DNA of 64,000 nt from Octopus sinensis. Lineage: Eukaryota. Both the position numbers and the translations under genes were made by a program. The stretch spans positions 19,778,001 to 19,842,000 of the forward strand of contig NC_043010.1 in NCBI RefSeq assembly GCF_006345805.1, written 5' to 3'. Of this stretch, positions 1-11,383 are shown in pieces; position 1 is the stretch's first letter; every line of letters starts with the position of its first letter. The notes beneath the pieces were generated by a model. The model was not told the DNA's origin and did no database searches. It saw nothing but the letters and a program-made list of their open reading frames with translations.

Positions 1-99
1 GTATGGCGCTCAGGAAATATAAATAAAACAAGTCTTTAACGTTATATATATATATATATATATATATGTTTGTATGTATGTATGTATGTATGTATGGAA

Positions 100-345
100 T
101 CCAAGCAGTTACATTATTAGTACTCTAATGTAATCCAGATCTGGTTAAACACATCGAATGATAGGGAACATAGAGAAATATTTACAATAAACAATTAAAC
201 AGTACTCCACTAAATAAGTAAATCACAGGCTTACTTCAATGGATTTTATAGAGCATAGACAGAATAGAATCAAGACATCATGAAGAAGAATGGAGAATTA
301 TACATCTTCAAGATATATTTATTAAAGCATTATTCTCATTAAATC
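100..345. mobile_element. Unclassified dispersed repeat, second copy at about 15605-15815
   Basis: Shared blocks taatccagatctgg.taa.cacatc.aatgatagggaacata and gaatcaagaca..tcaagaagaat..agagaattatacat occur at both loci. Confidence 0.6.
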
Positions 346-1933
346 TGTGTGTGTGTGTACACACACATACACAGAACATATGGAAAGCAACACTATTAAC
401 CATCACACGTATTACATAAAAAAACACTACACAAACCAAAAGTGCAGATAAACACAATAAAAGTACAATAAAATAAAAGTGAAATAAAAATTAATTCTGA
501 AAAAATAACAATATTTATTGAAGGATAAAATTAAGTTGCTGGATGTTGTACTTAATTTAAGCAACTCAAAATTATTCTAGTATTTACAAATTGGCTCAAC
601 AGAGAAGTCTCTAATATGCAAGAAGTAGCAGCCATATCTGCCAAATGGCACCCTGCTGTCTTAAAATAAGAACATGTTAGTCAGTACAGTGCCCGATAAA
701 CAAAAAAGACAGGATAGTCATGGCTGGAATGCCTTTGCTTGTATATCATATGGAGAAAGCTGAGATTAAATAACTGTTTAAGAATCATCAACTTTCTGCA
801 GCTTCAGACAGTTTTCTAGAAGTAATTAACAACAAACATGTTATGTAACATAGTTAAAATAGCTTTATTGTGCTTACCTTAGTTACACTAACTTTATTAT
901 GGAAGAGCTGAGTAACAAGAACCACTCCTACATACACACAGTCTTCTCTCTACACACACATAAACACACAGGGAATGGAAAGTAAAATGCTTTTTTCCAG
1001 TACCAAAGAAATGCTTGTTCATTTCTATAAACATACATTTTCCTCAATATTTACACAACCTAATCAGGAAACAAACATACGAAAATGTTCAAATGTCCGT
1101 CACCATTACCAATTATAAACAGTCTTTGACTGTTAGTTGGAGACAGTACTTATTCCTAATGGTACAATAATTCTGCAACACATTAAATGTCAATGTCTTC
1201 CTAACCAAGCAGAATATCACTAGTGTAAAAGAAGATTCCTCCAGCAAAGAGTCATTGAAATTCATAAAAGAGCTTATCTTCTAAAGCAACATCAGTTATA
1301 TCTAGATTCCATGTGTTGTTGTGTCTGTCTCTTCACAATAACTTTATTGATAAATTCAAGCTTGATAAACAAGACATCTTTGTTTGTGGCTTCACAGATT
1401 CCAGTGAGTCAGAGAGAGAAATTACTGCATATTTGTCCTTAGTGTTCATTTTTAATTACCAATTAGAAGTCACATTTCCAAACACATTTCTGTAATGGAA
1501 ACAAAACTACATTATCAACATCGTAATCAAGTTAACATTTGATTTTCTATACATGGGTAGGTTCAGACTGCAACACAGCTAGTCTCCACACTTTTTAATC
1601 GTTTGTTATTTTGTCTGTACGGACAAACATCCAAAGATCTGACCTCTTTTTGGAAAGAAGATATTTTTGAATTTACCCTCTGGTGATGATGATAATGATG
1701 ATGATAATATAGAATGTAACAGTCTATACACCCATATTTGATAAAGGGCAAATCCATCATAACTGATGCAACATTTACAAGAAATTTTTTAATACTAAAA
1801 ATGTTTTGGCATCTTAGTTAAGCTAACTGAAATGTAATGACCCATGAACACTTTAACTACTGTGGCCCATAAACATTGTTACATGTACATTATTTACATT
1901 TGACGGATATCTGTCCTCATCTTGTTTGTTGTT

Positions 1934-1979
1934 AACACAACGTTTTGGCTGATATACCCTCCAGCATTCATCAGGGGTC
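1934..1979 (-). ncRNA. Second hammerhead copy, G12-to-A inactivated
   Basis: Reverse complement reads GACCC-CTGATGA-A-TGCTG-GAGGGTATAT-CAGCC-AAAA-CG-T-T-GTGTT. Confidence 0.6.
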
Positions 1980-2260
1980 TTGGGGAAATTTCAAACCTCA
2001 GTTCTCATTCCTAAGGTATTTTTTGATGCTATTATTATTATTATTATTATTATTCAGGTCATTGCTTGGAATTGAACTCGGAATCTTGGGGTTAGTGCTT
2101 TTAACCACTACGCCATAAGCCCAAAATTCTAAGTTCAATTCCAGGCAGTGATCTGAATAATGATAATAATAATAATAATAATAATGATAATAACAACAAC
2201 AATAACAACACCATCGTAAAATACCTTAGGAATGAGAATGCAGGTTCGAAATTTCCTCAA

Positions 2261-2306
2261 GACACCTGATGAAGGCTGGAGGGTATATCAGCTGAAATGT
2301 TGTGTT
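2261..2306 (+). ncRNA. Minimal type I hammerhead ribozyme motif (CpG-decayed)
   Basis: GACAC-CTGATGA-A-GGCTG-GAGGGTATAT-CAGCT-GAAA-TG-T-T-GTGTT: stem I, catalytic core, stem II and NUH triplet in correct order. Confidence 0.7.
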
Positions 2307-2600
2307 AATAACAAACAAGATGAAGACAAATATCCATCAAATGTAAATAATGTACATAATTCCTCATCTATTAAATATAGAACTGTATTGTTACATATGT
2401 ATTGTAATTCTAGGTTTGAACTAAATTGTTTTGGAGAGAATAAATACTTGTGTAACTGAAAGACATGATACCTGACTTGGTGGTAATGATGCTGGAAACC
2501 CAAATTTTATATCAAAAGAAACCTGAAGTGGTGTGGATGTTATACATTCTTTCATATCCAACATTACTGTTTAATACAAGCTGTGGTGTCTTTGGTAAAA

Positions 2601-3685
2601 TGTAACTGACGCAACGGGTACTTGTAACTGATGCAACATTTCCACCTACAAATATGTAACTGATGCAACACAGAAACACGGAAACCAATTAGTATTCCAC
2701 ATTTCTAATTTAATCAATCAAGAAGGTGAGGAATTGATCAAACGGTAAAAACACACAACACTATGTATTCAAAATGGGTGCTGCAAAGTTCTAAATGACG
2801 TTTCTTGAAACTTATTGCAGCACATATGCATAATGTCTTAGATAAGTCAATTTAGACATTTTGCATGCATTGGATGTTAAGCTCAATGTTTAAATGCAAT
2901 GTAATGGTTGAAACTATTTTTTGATAGAATCGACAGTGTCGACGGGGGGGGGGGGCTGTAGTGGTTTCTTGCCTTCACAGGACAGAAGTCTGCTCCAAGT
3001 TTGCCAAGTATATCTTCAAGCAGTATCCAGCATATGTCTTTTGTGATTGGCCAATTTGAGGTAATATTGGGTCCACTGGCATGCATGAAGTCCACACATA
3101 CATCCTTATTGACAGCAGACTCATCAATGACAGCGGTCATCCACCAAGCAATGTCATATGTAACAGCCACATAGTGACCTATCTACATATTGGTGGTTTG
3201 ATCCCCAACCTGCAGAACAGAGTTGTCCTGTGCCAAAGATATGACTGACTGCTGCATGGGAGGGGGGTACCACAGTTATCTGCTTGTGCACTGTCCATGG
3301 AAATTTCAGCCAAATTATGATCAGTGACTCGCTGTATTATAGGACTCCCACAATTACCTGCAAATGCACTGTTCACACACATCAGTGATCTGCTGCATAA
3401 GGGTTCCAATGATACTTTCAAGCACTGTGTCCCCACTGGTCTCAGAAACATCATTGAGCTGCTGCATTAGGGGCCTGGTGTTTTCATCAACATGCAGATT
3501 GTTGATAGGGGTCCCAGCATTATCATCTTCAAGCCCAGTGGAATGTGATAATGAAATAAACCAGGAGTACCTTGTAGTATTTAATACAACAATAAAAAGT
3601 AGTTGCTTCATACATTTTTCTTTTTTTCACCTGGTGCTAAAATATTGATGCAACCATACCTACTGTTGCATCAGTTACAAGACCT
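2601..3685 (-). mobile_element. Degraded DNA transposon with TGTAACTGATGCAAC terminal/subterminal repeats (superfamily unassigned)
   Basis: Motif direct at 2601, 2623, 2655 and inverted at 3665-3679. Minus-strand peptide YDIAWWMTAVID...VDFMHASGP...WPITKDICWILLEDIL resembles a recalled invertebrate transposase C-terminal motif. Confidence 0.55.
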
Positions 3686-4404
3686 TCATTAATATTCAAG
3701 AAAATATAAAGTATTGTGTATAAGAATGGAATCCCCTCCTTACAGCATGTCCTAATGGTTGCATTGTTTTAAAGTAATTATTTATCAGCATTTTGTAGGC
3801 TAAACTTATAATGCCAAAACTGACACAGCAAATTTTAATGACCACAATAAATTCTGCTTTTGCTGACAAGCAGGATGATCTTCAAAAAAAAAAAATAATA
3901 ACCCTGCCAAACTGTAGTTTTACTCTAATTTTTCCTGAAAATACATCTTTGTAAGATGGGAAGTTAATTTTTTTATTAGGATGGAACTGGATTCCTACCT
4001 TCAGCTCTTGCAGTCAAAGCGATATCTGCTAGACTGGATCCAAGATGGCTGCCCTGGTCACATGACAATAGTCCCACAGAAGTTTATTTTTTTTACCTTT
4101 TTGAATCCTATTGACTCATGGGAACATAATAAAGATACATAAACTATGGCAGCACAGTTTTATTATAATTTTTCAGTTTTTGTCCATTTTGCATGGAATT
4201 GCCCTAATAGTGTAATACTGTCTCCATATGTTGATCCACTGTCTTCTTCATTAAGCCAAAGGTTCCACAGCTTCTGCTTAACACAACTGCCTCAAACATT
4301 ATAGGGTTCAGATCTAACGTAACACACATTCACTTTTATAATTTAAATAAGGGAGAAGCAGGAGTAGACATAACTCTACCGTCTTCCTAGAAGTTGACAC
4401 AGCT

Positions 4405-4632
4405 TTAGCCCCCTAGCATTTAAACAGCCAAATCAAACCCAAATATCCTTATCTTTTCTATGTTCAAACTGACCAAATCTGGCCTATCACACCCATCCTA
4501 CAATGTCATTCTAAAACTCAACAATCACATCACTGAAATCTTGAAGCTAGAAGATAATGCGTGATTAATACAAAATGATATGAATAAATAAGCATTACAT
4601 TTGACAGAATAAGCTGAATGCTAAAGGATTAA
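4405..4632. mobile_element. piggyBac-like MITE family 1 (second copy 30060-30720)
   Basis: ttag|cccctagcatt...aatgctaaagga|ttaa termini; body shared with 30060-30210 plus 30650-30720. Confidence 0.55.
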
Positions 4633-5284
4633 GAATAAATCAGAGAGGAAAACAAACTTTATGGCTGCCTGCTCCCCTCTCCGGACACTGACACAACCTG
4701 TACATTGACCCTACCTCCATCCCCACCAACATTAGCACAACCCTTCTTGACTCTCTCCAACACTGATGTAACTGATGATCAACTTCAACACAGTTTTTTC
4801 CTGTGAGTAAGAAAGAATATCCAAAGAACGGTAATTCAATGAAGAAAGAACTGGGAAAGGGTTTCATGTGGGGTCTGGCAGCGAATCCCTTTCCCTCACT
4901 TCTCTCTTTCAAACTTGGTTATATTCGTAATTTCTTGACCAACAAAAACAAGTCAGCATGTATCTGGTGCTGATAAAAGAACAGCAGTTATCCGTGCAGC
5001 CTTTCACTGGCCCAGAGAGATCTATATTTGATCTATAGATCAATACTTCAATAAAAGAGGCCACAAGAGAGGATGGTGGAGACAAAGTGAACAGCTTCCA
5101 CAATATCTCATTACGGATAGCATCAGCGTTACATAAATAAAGAACTATTACAGTTCTGTGCTTAAATAATCTAATCCAATTTTTTGGTATTGTCAGTCGA
5201 TATCTGGAACTAAATCAAAGCAAATCAAATACTTGTTCCATACGGAGAAAGTTAATTATCTCACAAGACTGCTATGGCGCTATA

Positions 5285-6000
5285 CTCTTTCAGTCTTTTA
5301 CTTGTTTCAGGCAGCTGACTGCAGCCATGCTGGAGCATTGACTCTATTCGAACAAATCAACCTCAGGACTTATTTTTTGTAAGCCTAGTACTTATTCTAT
5401 CAGTCTCTTTTGCCAAACTGCTAAGTTATGGGGACGTAAACACACCAACATTGGTTGTCAAGAGATGGTGGAGGGACAAACACAGACACACACAAATACA
5501 TACATACATACATACCTTCGAAACGCAGAGTAGCCGAAACAGGGGCAACTGAAGAAGGGGAATATTCCTTGTGTTGTATGTCTTGTACTCTGTTTTTTCG
5601 TTGTTTGAAAAAAAGTTCGTTTTCTATGTTTTTGTTTTTATGTTTTCATTTCTCTTTGTGTTCAATGTTTTTTTGGTGTCCTGTACCCATATATGTATTT
5701 ATATATACATATATATGTAGGTATGTACATATATGTATGTATATATGCATATGTTTATATATTATTTATGTTATTATATGATCGAATGCCACAAATCCAC
5801 TTCCAAATAAGTTTTATCTATATATATATATACAATGCGCTTCTTTCAGTTTCCACGTACTAAATCCACTCACAAGACTTTGGTCAGTCCAAGGCTACAG
5901 CAGAAGACACTTGTTCAAGGTGTCACACAGTGGGACTGAACCTAGAACCATATGGTTGGGAAGCAAGCTTCTTAACACACAGCCATTCCTGAACCTATAT
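5285..6000 (-). mobile_element. tRNA-derived SINE family A, split by an insert at about 5511-5815
   Basis: Same head (ggctgtgtggtaagaagcttgc...ggttcagtcccactg) and tail (cagcatggcc.cagtc...tgactgaaacaagtaaaaga) as the + strand copies. Confidence 0.8.
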
Positions 6001-6014
6001 ATATATATAAAATT

Positions 6015-6420
6015 TTATCTTGTACTTGTTTCAGTCATTAGACTGTGGCCATGCTGGGGCACCACCTTGGAGAATTTTTAGTTGAACAAATCGACCCCAG
6101 TACTTATTTTTTTTAAAGCCTGATACTTATTCTATTGATCCCCCTAACAAACCCACTAAGTTACAGGGATGTAAATATACCAATACTGGTTGTCAAACAG
6201 TGGTAGACCACAAACATGGACTCGTAGACAGACAACCAGACACACACACACACACATGATGGGTTTCTTTCTATTTCCACCTCCCAAATACATTCATAAG
6301 GTTTTGGTCAGCCCAAGGCTATAGCAGAAGACACTCACTCAAGGTGTCACACAGTGGGACTGAACCTAGAACCATGTGGTTGGGAAGCAAACTTCTTACT
6401 GCACAGCCACACCTGTACCT
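6015..6420 (-). mobile_element. SINE family A copy
   Basis: Head at 6420-6350, internal (CA)n, family A tail. Confidence 0.8.
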
Positions 6421-8377
6421 ATATGTGTGTGTGTGTGTATAAATATATCAGGCACATGCCATCAGTAATTACTCAGAGTAGGCAGCCGGTGACCTTTATA
6501 ATAATAATAATGAAACTATTGTATACAGTGCTCAGGTGCACTACAACTTGTCAAAAGTGCATATAAAGCATATGTAGTAATGTACAAATGTCTGGGAAGT
6601 GAACAGTGTATGAGTCAGATACATGCTTGCGTGTGTATGGAGGGGAGAAAATCAGGTGTAGTGTTGGTGAATCTCAGGAAGCATGGGAGGTTTGAAGGAT
6701 GCAGTGCTCCAACAACTAACAATGTAGTAAAACACACAGAAAATAATTGAATCACAAGTGCACAACTGAGTTGAAGGCAGATTTACATCTGCCTTAATAG
6801 CATGTAAAGAAAACGGTGTTGTAGGAGTGTACGCAGCATGTGTACTACAGCAGTATTATGTGTAGCTTAAATACGGAGATTGAAAGGCAGGGATGAATTA
6901 TGCCTACCTAATCTACAAAAAATTTTAATATTTTGCATTTTATGCATAGCAATCAGAGTAACCTTCATGATTTTATTGAATTAGGTGCATATTTTGCCAT
7001 GAAAAGAAAATGTTGTTATCGATAAATTTTATTCAAGGCAGGCACTGCCTACCTTGCCTACCTAGGCAGCATGTCCCTGATATATATCCATAATACACAC
7101 ATACACAAATGTGTGTGTATGCAAACACACGTGTGCATACATAGAGCTACATTGGATACATACCCAACCATTTCACACATCAACTGTTCTTTTACACAAC
7201 TGCAACTCAATGTTAGCCAAAAAGTGAATGAAAAATGGGAACAAATACTTATTCTACATATGATGTTGGGGGTGGCATTTAAACATAATGAATTATTATC
7301 TCCAATCCACACCCCCTGCTCTTTCTCTAATGGTATATGTTCATAAACCCATGTCAATTTGACCAAGTGATACACCATCATCATTTAACGCCTGGTTCCT
7401 ATGCTGGCATGGGTTGGATGGTCTGGAGAGCTGCAGTTTTCTATTCTGGCATGGTTTCTATGGCTGGATGCCCTTCCTAACATCAGCCACTTCACAGAGT
7501 GGACTGAGTGCTTTTTACATGGCAGCAGCACTGTTGCTTTTTATGCGCCACTGGCACAGGTGCCTTTGCATGCGGCACCAGCAGGGTCACCAAGTAACTT
7601 GCAAGACGAAGAGGGAGTGGGACCAAGGGAAATGGCTGTGTGCCAGGAGAGAGAGATTAAAGTATGACAAGGAAAGGACATAACTGCAAATATATTTGAC
7701 CAATGAATATTTTTACGGAATGAGGAAACGACCAAAGAAATTTTAATTTAGTTCAATATTTCTATTTTGAACTCTCTCTCTCTTTCCCAATGTCCACACA
7801 AGTCTTTGGTTGCTTCAGCTGACCCTTCCCCTAACCTCACAACAAAGGTGCAGACACCATTAACCTATTAACAATCACAATTCTCTCCAATCATCATATC
7901 AATAAGTCCACTCGGACATCCCCACCCAATACCATGGTAACCAACTGAGATTGTTACCAATCAAAGCCACCCCCAGATATATAACGTGTATGTATGTGCA
8001 TGTGTGTATAGTACACATACACACGGATGCATGCACACAAACGTGCACACCCACATATATCTGTTTCAAGACCTTAATGATTCTGGCATCCCTGCCAATA
8101 TAACATACCACACACATACACACACACATCTGACAGGGTTTTTGCAATTTTCAATTACCAAATTTTACTCAGAAAGCTTTGGATTAAACCCAAAATCATG
8201 TGATTGTAAAATGAACTTGTTATCCAACCTACTTGTTATCCACGTACACACACACTTATTGAATTGCTTCATTGTAGCCAATATCTTGCTTCAGACTTAA
8301 GATATTTCTAAATGAATATCACATATACACACCATACATACAGATACGATAACATTTATTATTCTACATTCAGATGG

Positions 8378-8422
<45 letters not shown>

Positions 8423-9604
8423 AACACAGAAAGAGAGAGATGTGAGTAATGTCAATATAGATGTTGGATGACAGATGTGAGAAAACGAGTAAAGATCACC
8501 ATGGTATTGATATGTTTCACATGTGCCACATGTGATAATGGTGCCAATACTGTCTCAGTGATTTAATTAGTAACAATGCTGATATCGGTGTAATAATGAT
8601 ACTACTTGCCTACATATACATCGGCCTCTACATGGTACCTGAACTGTATATATATTTCCCTCAAATCACACAAAACTGAGTTTTTAAAAATGGAAGACAC
8701 TATACAGTAGAGTTCTGGACAAACTATGCCTGAATTTAAAAAATTGGACAGCTCCAGGTGGAATTTTTTATTACAGGTGCACATGAGGGCTGGCATGGCA
8801 TTAACACAAACACACATGGATAATAAAGTATATATCTGCTACATCCATACAAATAAGAAGCTAGCGGCAACAAGGTATTGAACCAGCTATCAATGGATAA
8901 GGAGTTCAAATACATTACTAGTGCTTTGCTTTGTTCTTGGCCAAAAAAACTATATTTTTCGTTGCATCAGTTTACTTAGCTCTTGAGAATAGGTTCCAGA
9001 TGAATGTGGTTCTGTCTGAGACTACAGTCAAACCAAGCTGTCAGTAACAGTGACTCAGTCTCAAAACCAGTCCAACTGCCTTAGGGATACTTTACCGTTG
9101 CATCCAAACTCAAGACTTAATTTCAAACTAGTCACATAGCACCATGGAGAGTTTCATTTTCTCCTTTCCAAAATACCTCTGCAACTCCCCTCTCTCAACC
9201 TCAAGAAATTTAGCAAGCAAGCATGGATTCATTAAGGCTCACTTCTCAGTTCCCTCTTGTTTGCTATAATATATAGTGATAAATATATACACTATGTGGT
9301 CCTAATATGAAAAACATTATTTCACATACTGTATTTTCTGGTATACTGGGCAAAATTTTCAAATCAAAATTTACAGCCCAAAATGGTAGGTTGGCTTATA
9401 CACCAAAACGACCTTGGAGAACCAAAAATTCCATGTGAAATGTGGTGGGATTTGAAAAGATAGCAACAACATTTGAATGTTTACACTACATATTTAAACT
9501 GAATGCTACATTGACTTGTGTGCCAGAAAATATGGTAGGCCAACCAATAAGCTCACTCCAAACTGCAATTGTCGAAATCCAGATACATGGCCACTTGACT
9601 GCTG

Positions 9605-9885
9605 CCACACTCGCCGTGCTCTCCTGATTTGGCACCAATGGATTTCCACCTCTTTCGATCTCTTTCAAATGCTATGCATCGAATTTTGTTCAATACTGAT
9701 GCAGAATTGAGAGCTTGGTTGGATCAATTTTGTGAGTCGAAATCAGGTGATTTTTACCAATGAGGTATTGAAAATTTTGTTGAATGTTGGGAAGAATTTG
9801 TAAACAAAGGAAAATACATTATTGATTGATTAGTTGTTATTTTTTATTAAACCTTTCAAAAAATACGGCGGGAACTTAGTTGCCA

Positions 9886-9891
<6 letters not shown>
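9605..9891 (+). mobile_element. Mariner transposase 3' relic with right TIR
   Basis: PHSPCSPDLAPMDFHLFRSLSN...GIENFVECWEEFVNKGKYIID* (degenerate YSPDLAP.D motif, one internal stop); TIR ...gggaacttagttgccaacccTA abuts (TA)n. Confidence 0.85.
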
Positions 9892-9946
<55 letters not shown>

Positions 9947-9974
9947 GCATACATACATATCTTACATATTATTA

Positions 9975-10420
9975 CATATTATAACTGAAAATGTCTGTGT
10001 GTGTGCGTGTGTATCGGTATGTCCTCATTTTGCGCCAAAATGGCTTGACCGATTTCTCAAACTTCACACGCACATTGCTTATGTGTCTGGGGAGGTTTTA
10101 AGCATAAATTGTTTTAGAAAAATGTTCGTGTAAACAGCGGGAAGAACATTTGGGCGTGAGTGAATGGTGGGAGTAATGATTTTTAAGCTTCCAAGGGAAG
10201 TAACCCATTCCCTCCTGGAAATAACCACCAAGGGAAATACCCATTCATTTTCAGTATGCTTATTTCTTAGTATTTGAACTATTTTAGTCTTACCACAGAG
10301 CCATATAAACACAAGCATTTTTGCACCCCACAAATGCACCACATGAGGTCCTCTCATGGTAAATAACAAAGAATTCCGTGTCCTAACACAATACCCAGGT
10401 TAAGCGGGAGACAGATATTA
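9975..10420 (+). mobile_element. Helitron/Helentron-associated (DINE-1-like) non-autonomous element; partial relative at about 17985-18150
   Basis: (TG)n after the 5' end, motif aaatggcttgaccgatttctcaaactt (other copy aaaacggctgaatggattcccaccaaattt), 3' cccaggttaagcggg hairpin-like end. Confidence 0.5.
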
Positions 10421-11328
10421 CCTTTTGATTTTAATATTGCTTCTCTCACAATTGTTTTTTAAAGTAAATAATGCCAAGCCCTTTGATGCAACACCACTGT
10501 CTGGGCCACGTTTCATTGCACTTTACTTTTTGATTTAAAATGATAACAATAGAGACACACAGCATCACATATTAAGAGGGATCAAGAGATTAAAGTGACA
10601 CCATTGCATTACTCATATTATATTTAACAACAACAACGTGCAAGAGAAATTGTTTGTGACGGAAAGGTTGTGGGCAAACAAGTAAAACAGCCCATCACCA
10701 CAATCCCAGTATATGACTGGTACATGTTTTAACTAACTTGGAGAGACGACAAGACAAGTCAATCACAGAGGGATATATAAACAAAGAACTGGTGAGCTAT
10801 GGCATAACGTACTGTGTGGTATTGAGTTATTGTCTACACTACATATATTGTTATTCTACACCCTGCATATATATGTGTGTGTGTTCTATAGGGTGTACAA
10901 TAACACAATATTCCATATATATATATATTCTACACCCTGCACATATATATTCTACATCCCAAATATATATATATATATATCATCATCATCATCATCATCA
11001 TTTAACATCCGCTTTCCATGCTGGCATGAGTTGGATGGTTTGACTGAAGACTGGGATGCAGTCTATTTGTATTGAATTAAAAAATAATAATTGATGTAAG
11101 TCAATTGTTGTTGATCAATATTTCTCCATTTTCTGTTTACTTTAAATTTGATTCCTGATAAACTCATCTTTATCTTTGTCATCATCTGTAACCTATGAAC
11201 TTAATATGCTTGCATGTGTATGTCCAGGGTTAACATAGGTAATTATACCAGTAATTATAATGGATACTTTTATCCCTTAGACAGTTATTCCAACGTCTAA
11301 CTCTACATACCTATACATACATACATAT

Positions 11329-11383
<55 letters not shown>

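Larger units (their letters stand above)
1884..2388. mobile_element. Inverted head-to-head dimer of a tRNA-headed SINE with Penelope-like tail
   Basis: Arms 1884-2022 and 2218-2356 are reverse complements. Minus copy head has box A TGGCGTAGTGG and box B GAGTTCAATTCC, followed by (AAT)n and the tail. Confidence 0.75.

Noticed and set aside
878-907. 30-nt micro-exon candidate (LFHNKVSVTK, AAG|GTAAGC)
   Set aside because: The intron after exon w21 is phase 2; in that frame it hits TAA, and it has no attractin similarity.
4640-5270. ORFs 4640-4912 and 4909-5103 as attractin cytoplasmic exons
   Set aside because: No MASRPF or PIALEP motifs and no suitable splice sites; probably decayed TE sequence.
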